A stretch of DNA of 64,000 nucleotides from Sphaerodactylus townsendi (lineage: Eukaryota): contig NC_059427.1 in assembly GCF_021028975.2 (NCBI RefSeq), positions 156,116,001 to 156,180,000 of the forward strand, in the 5' to 3' direction. The translations under genes and the position numbers were made by a program. Positions 63,915-64,000 of this stretch are shown one piece after another (positions within the stretch are counted from its first letter, which is position 1; each line of letters opens with the position of its first letter). The notes beneath the pieces are model-generated. The model worked only from the letters and a program-made list of their open reading frames with translations, was not told where the DNA came from and did no database searches.

Positions 63915-63933
63915 CTGCCGCTAGATGGCGCTG
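63915..63933 (+). promoter_or_regulatory. CTCF-binding motif between HOXC9 and HOXC8
   Basis: CCGCTAGATGGCGC (63918-63931) fits the CTCF core CCRSYAGRKGGCRS. Confidence 0.7.
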
Positions 63934-64000
63934 TTGCTCAATCTTAGAAGCGATTAGCCGATTTACTTACAAAGCCGCAGGTTAACACATTCAGGACTCT

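Overview
Vertebrate HoxC cluster, posterior half, all genes on the + strand: HOXC12 (exons 1755-2319 and 3625-3863, 267 aa), HOXC11 (27226-27904 and 29309-29541, 303 aa), HOXC10 (40785-41610 and 44861-45138, 367 aa), the miR-196a-2 hairpin (about 47528-47612) and HOXC9 (56923-57457 and 59464-59711, 260 aa). The Hoxc8 early enhancer (about 63150-63325) and a strong CTCF motif lie near the right edge, so HOXC8 should be just beyond the window. All four genes have one phase-1 GT-AG intron and intact frames. The proteins look non-mammalian amniote, and small palindromic MITEs and a SINE remnant sit inside the cluster; this suggests a squamate, probably a gecko (inference). The assembly is a draft with eight N-gaps. 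Most notable: (1) minus-strand, collinear blocks between HOXC12 and HOXC11 that resemble human HOTAIR exon 4 (with intact acceptor and donor) and exon 6, a candidate reptilian HOTAIR; (2) an ~80-bp G4-capable unit present three times upstream of HOXC11; (3) a HOXC10 uORF at the position of the HOXA10 upstream start codon; (4) a P/Q insertion in HOXC10; (5) a nest of MITEs; (6) NR6A1-type DR0 motifs in two noncoding blocks. All comparisons with human or mouse sequence are from memory and need alignment to confirm.
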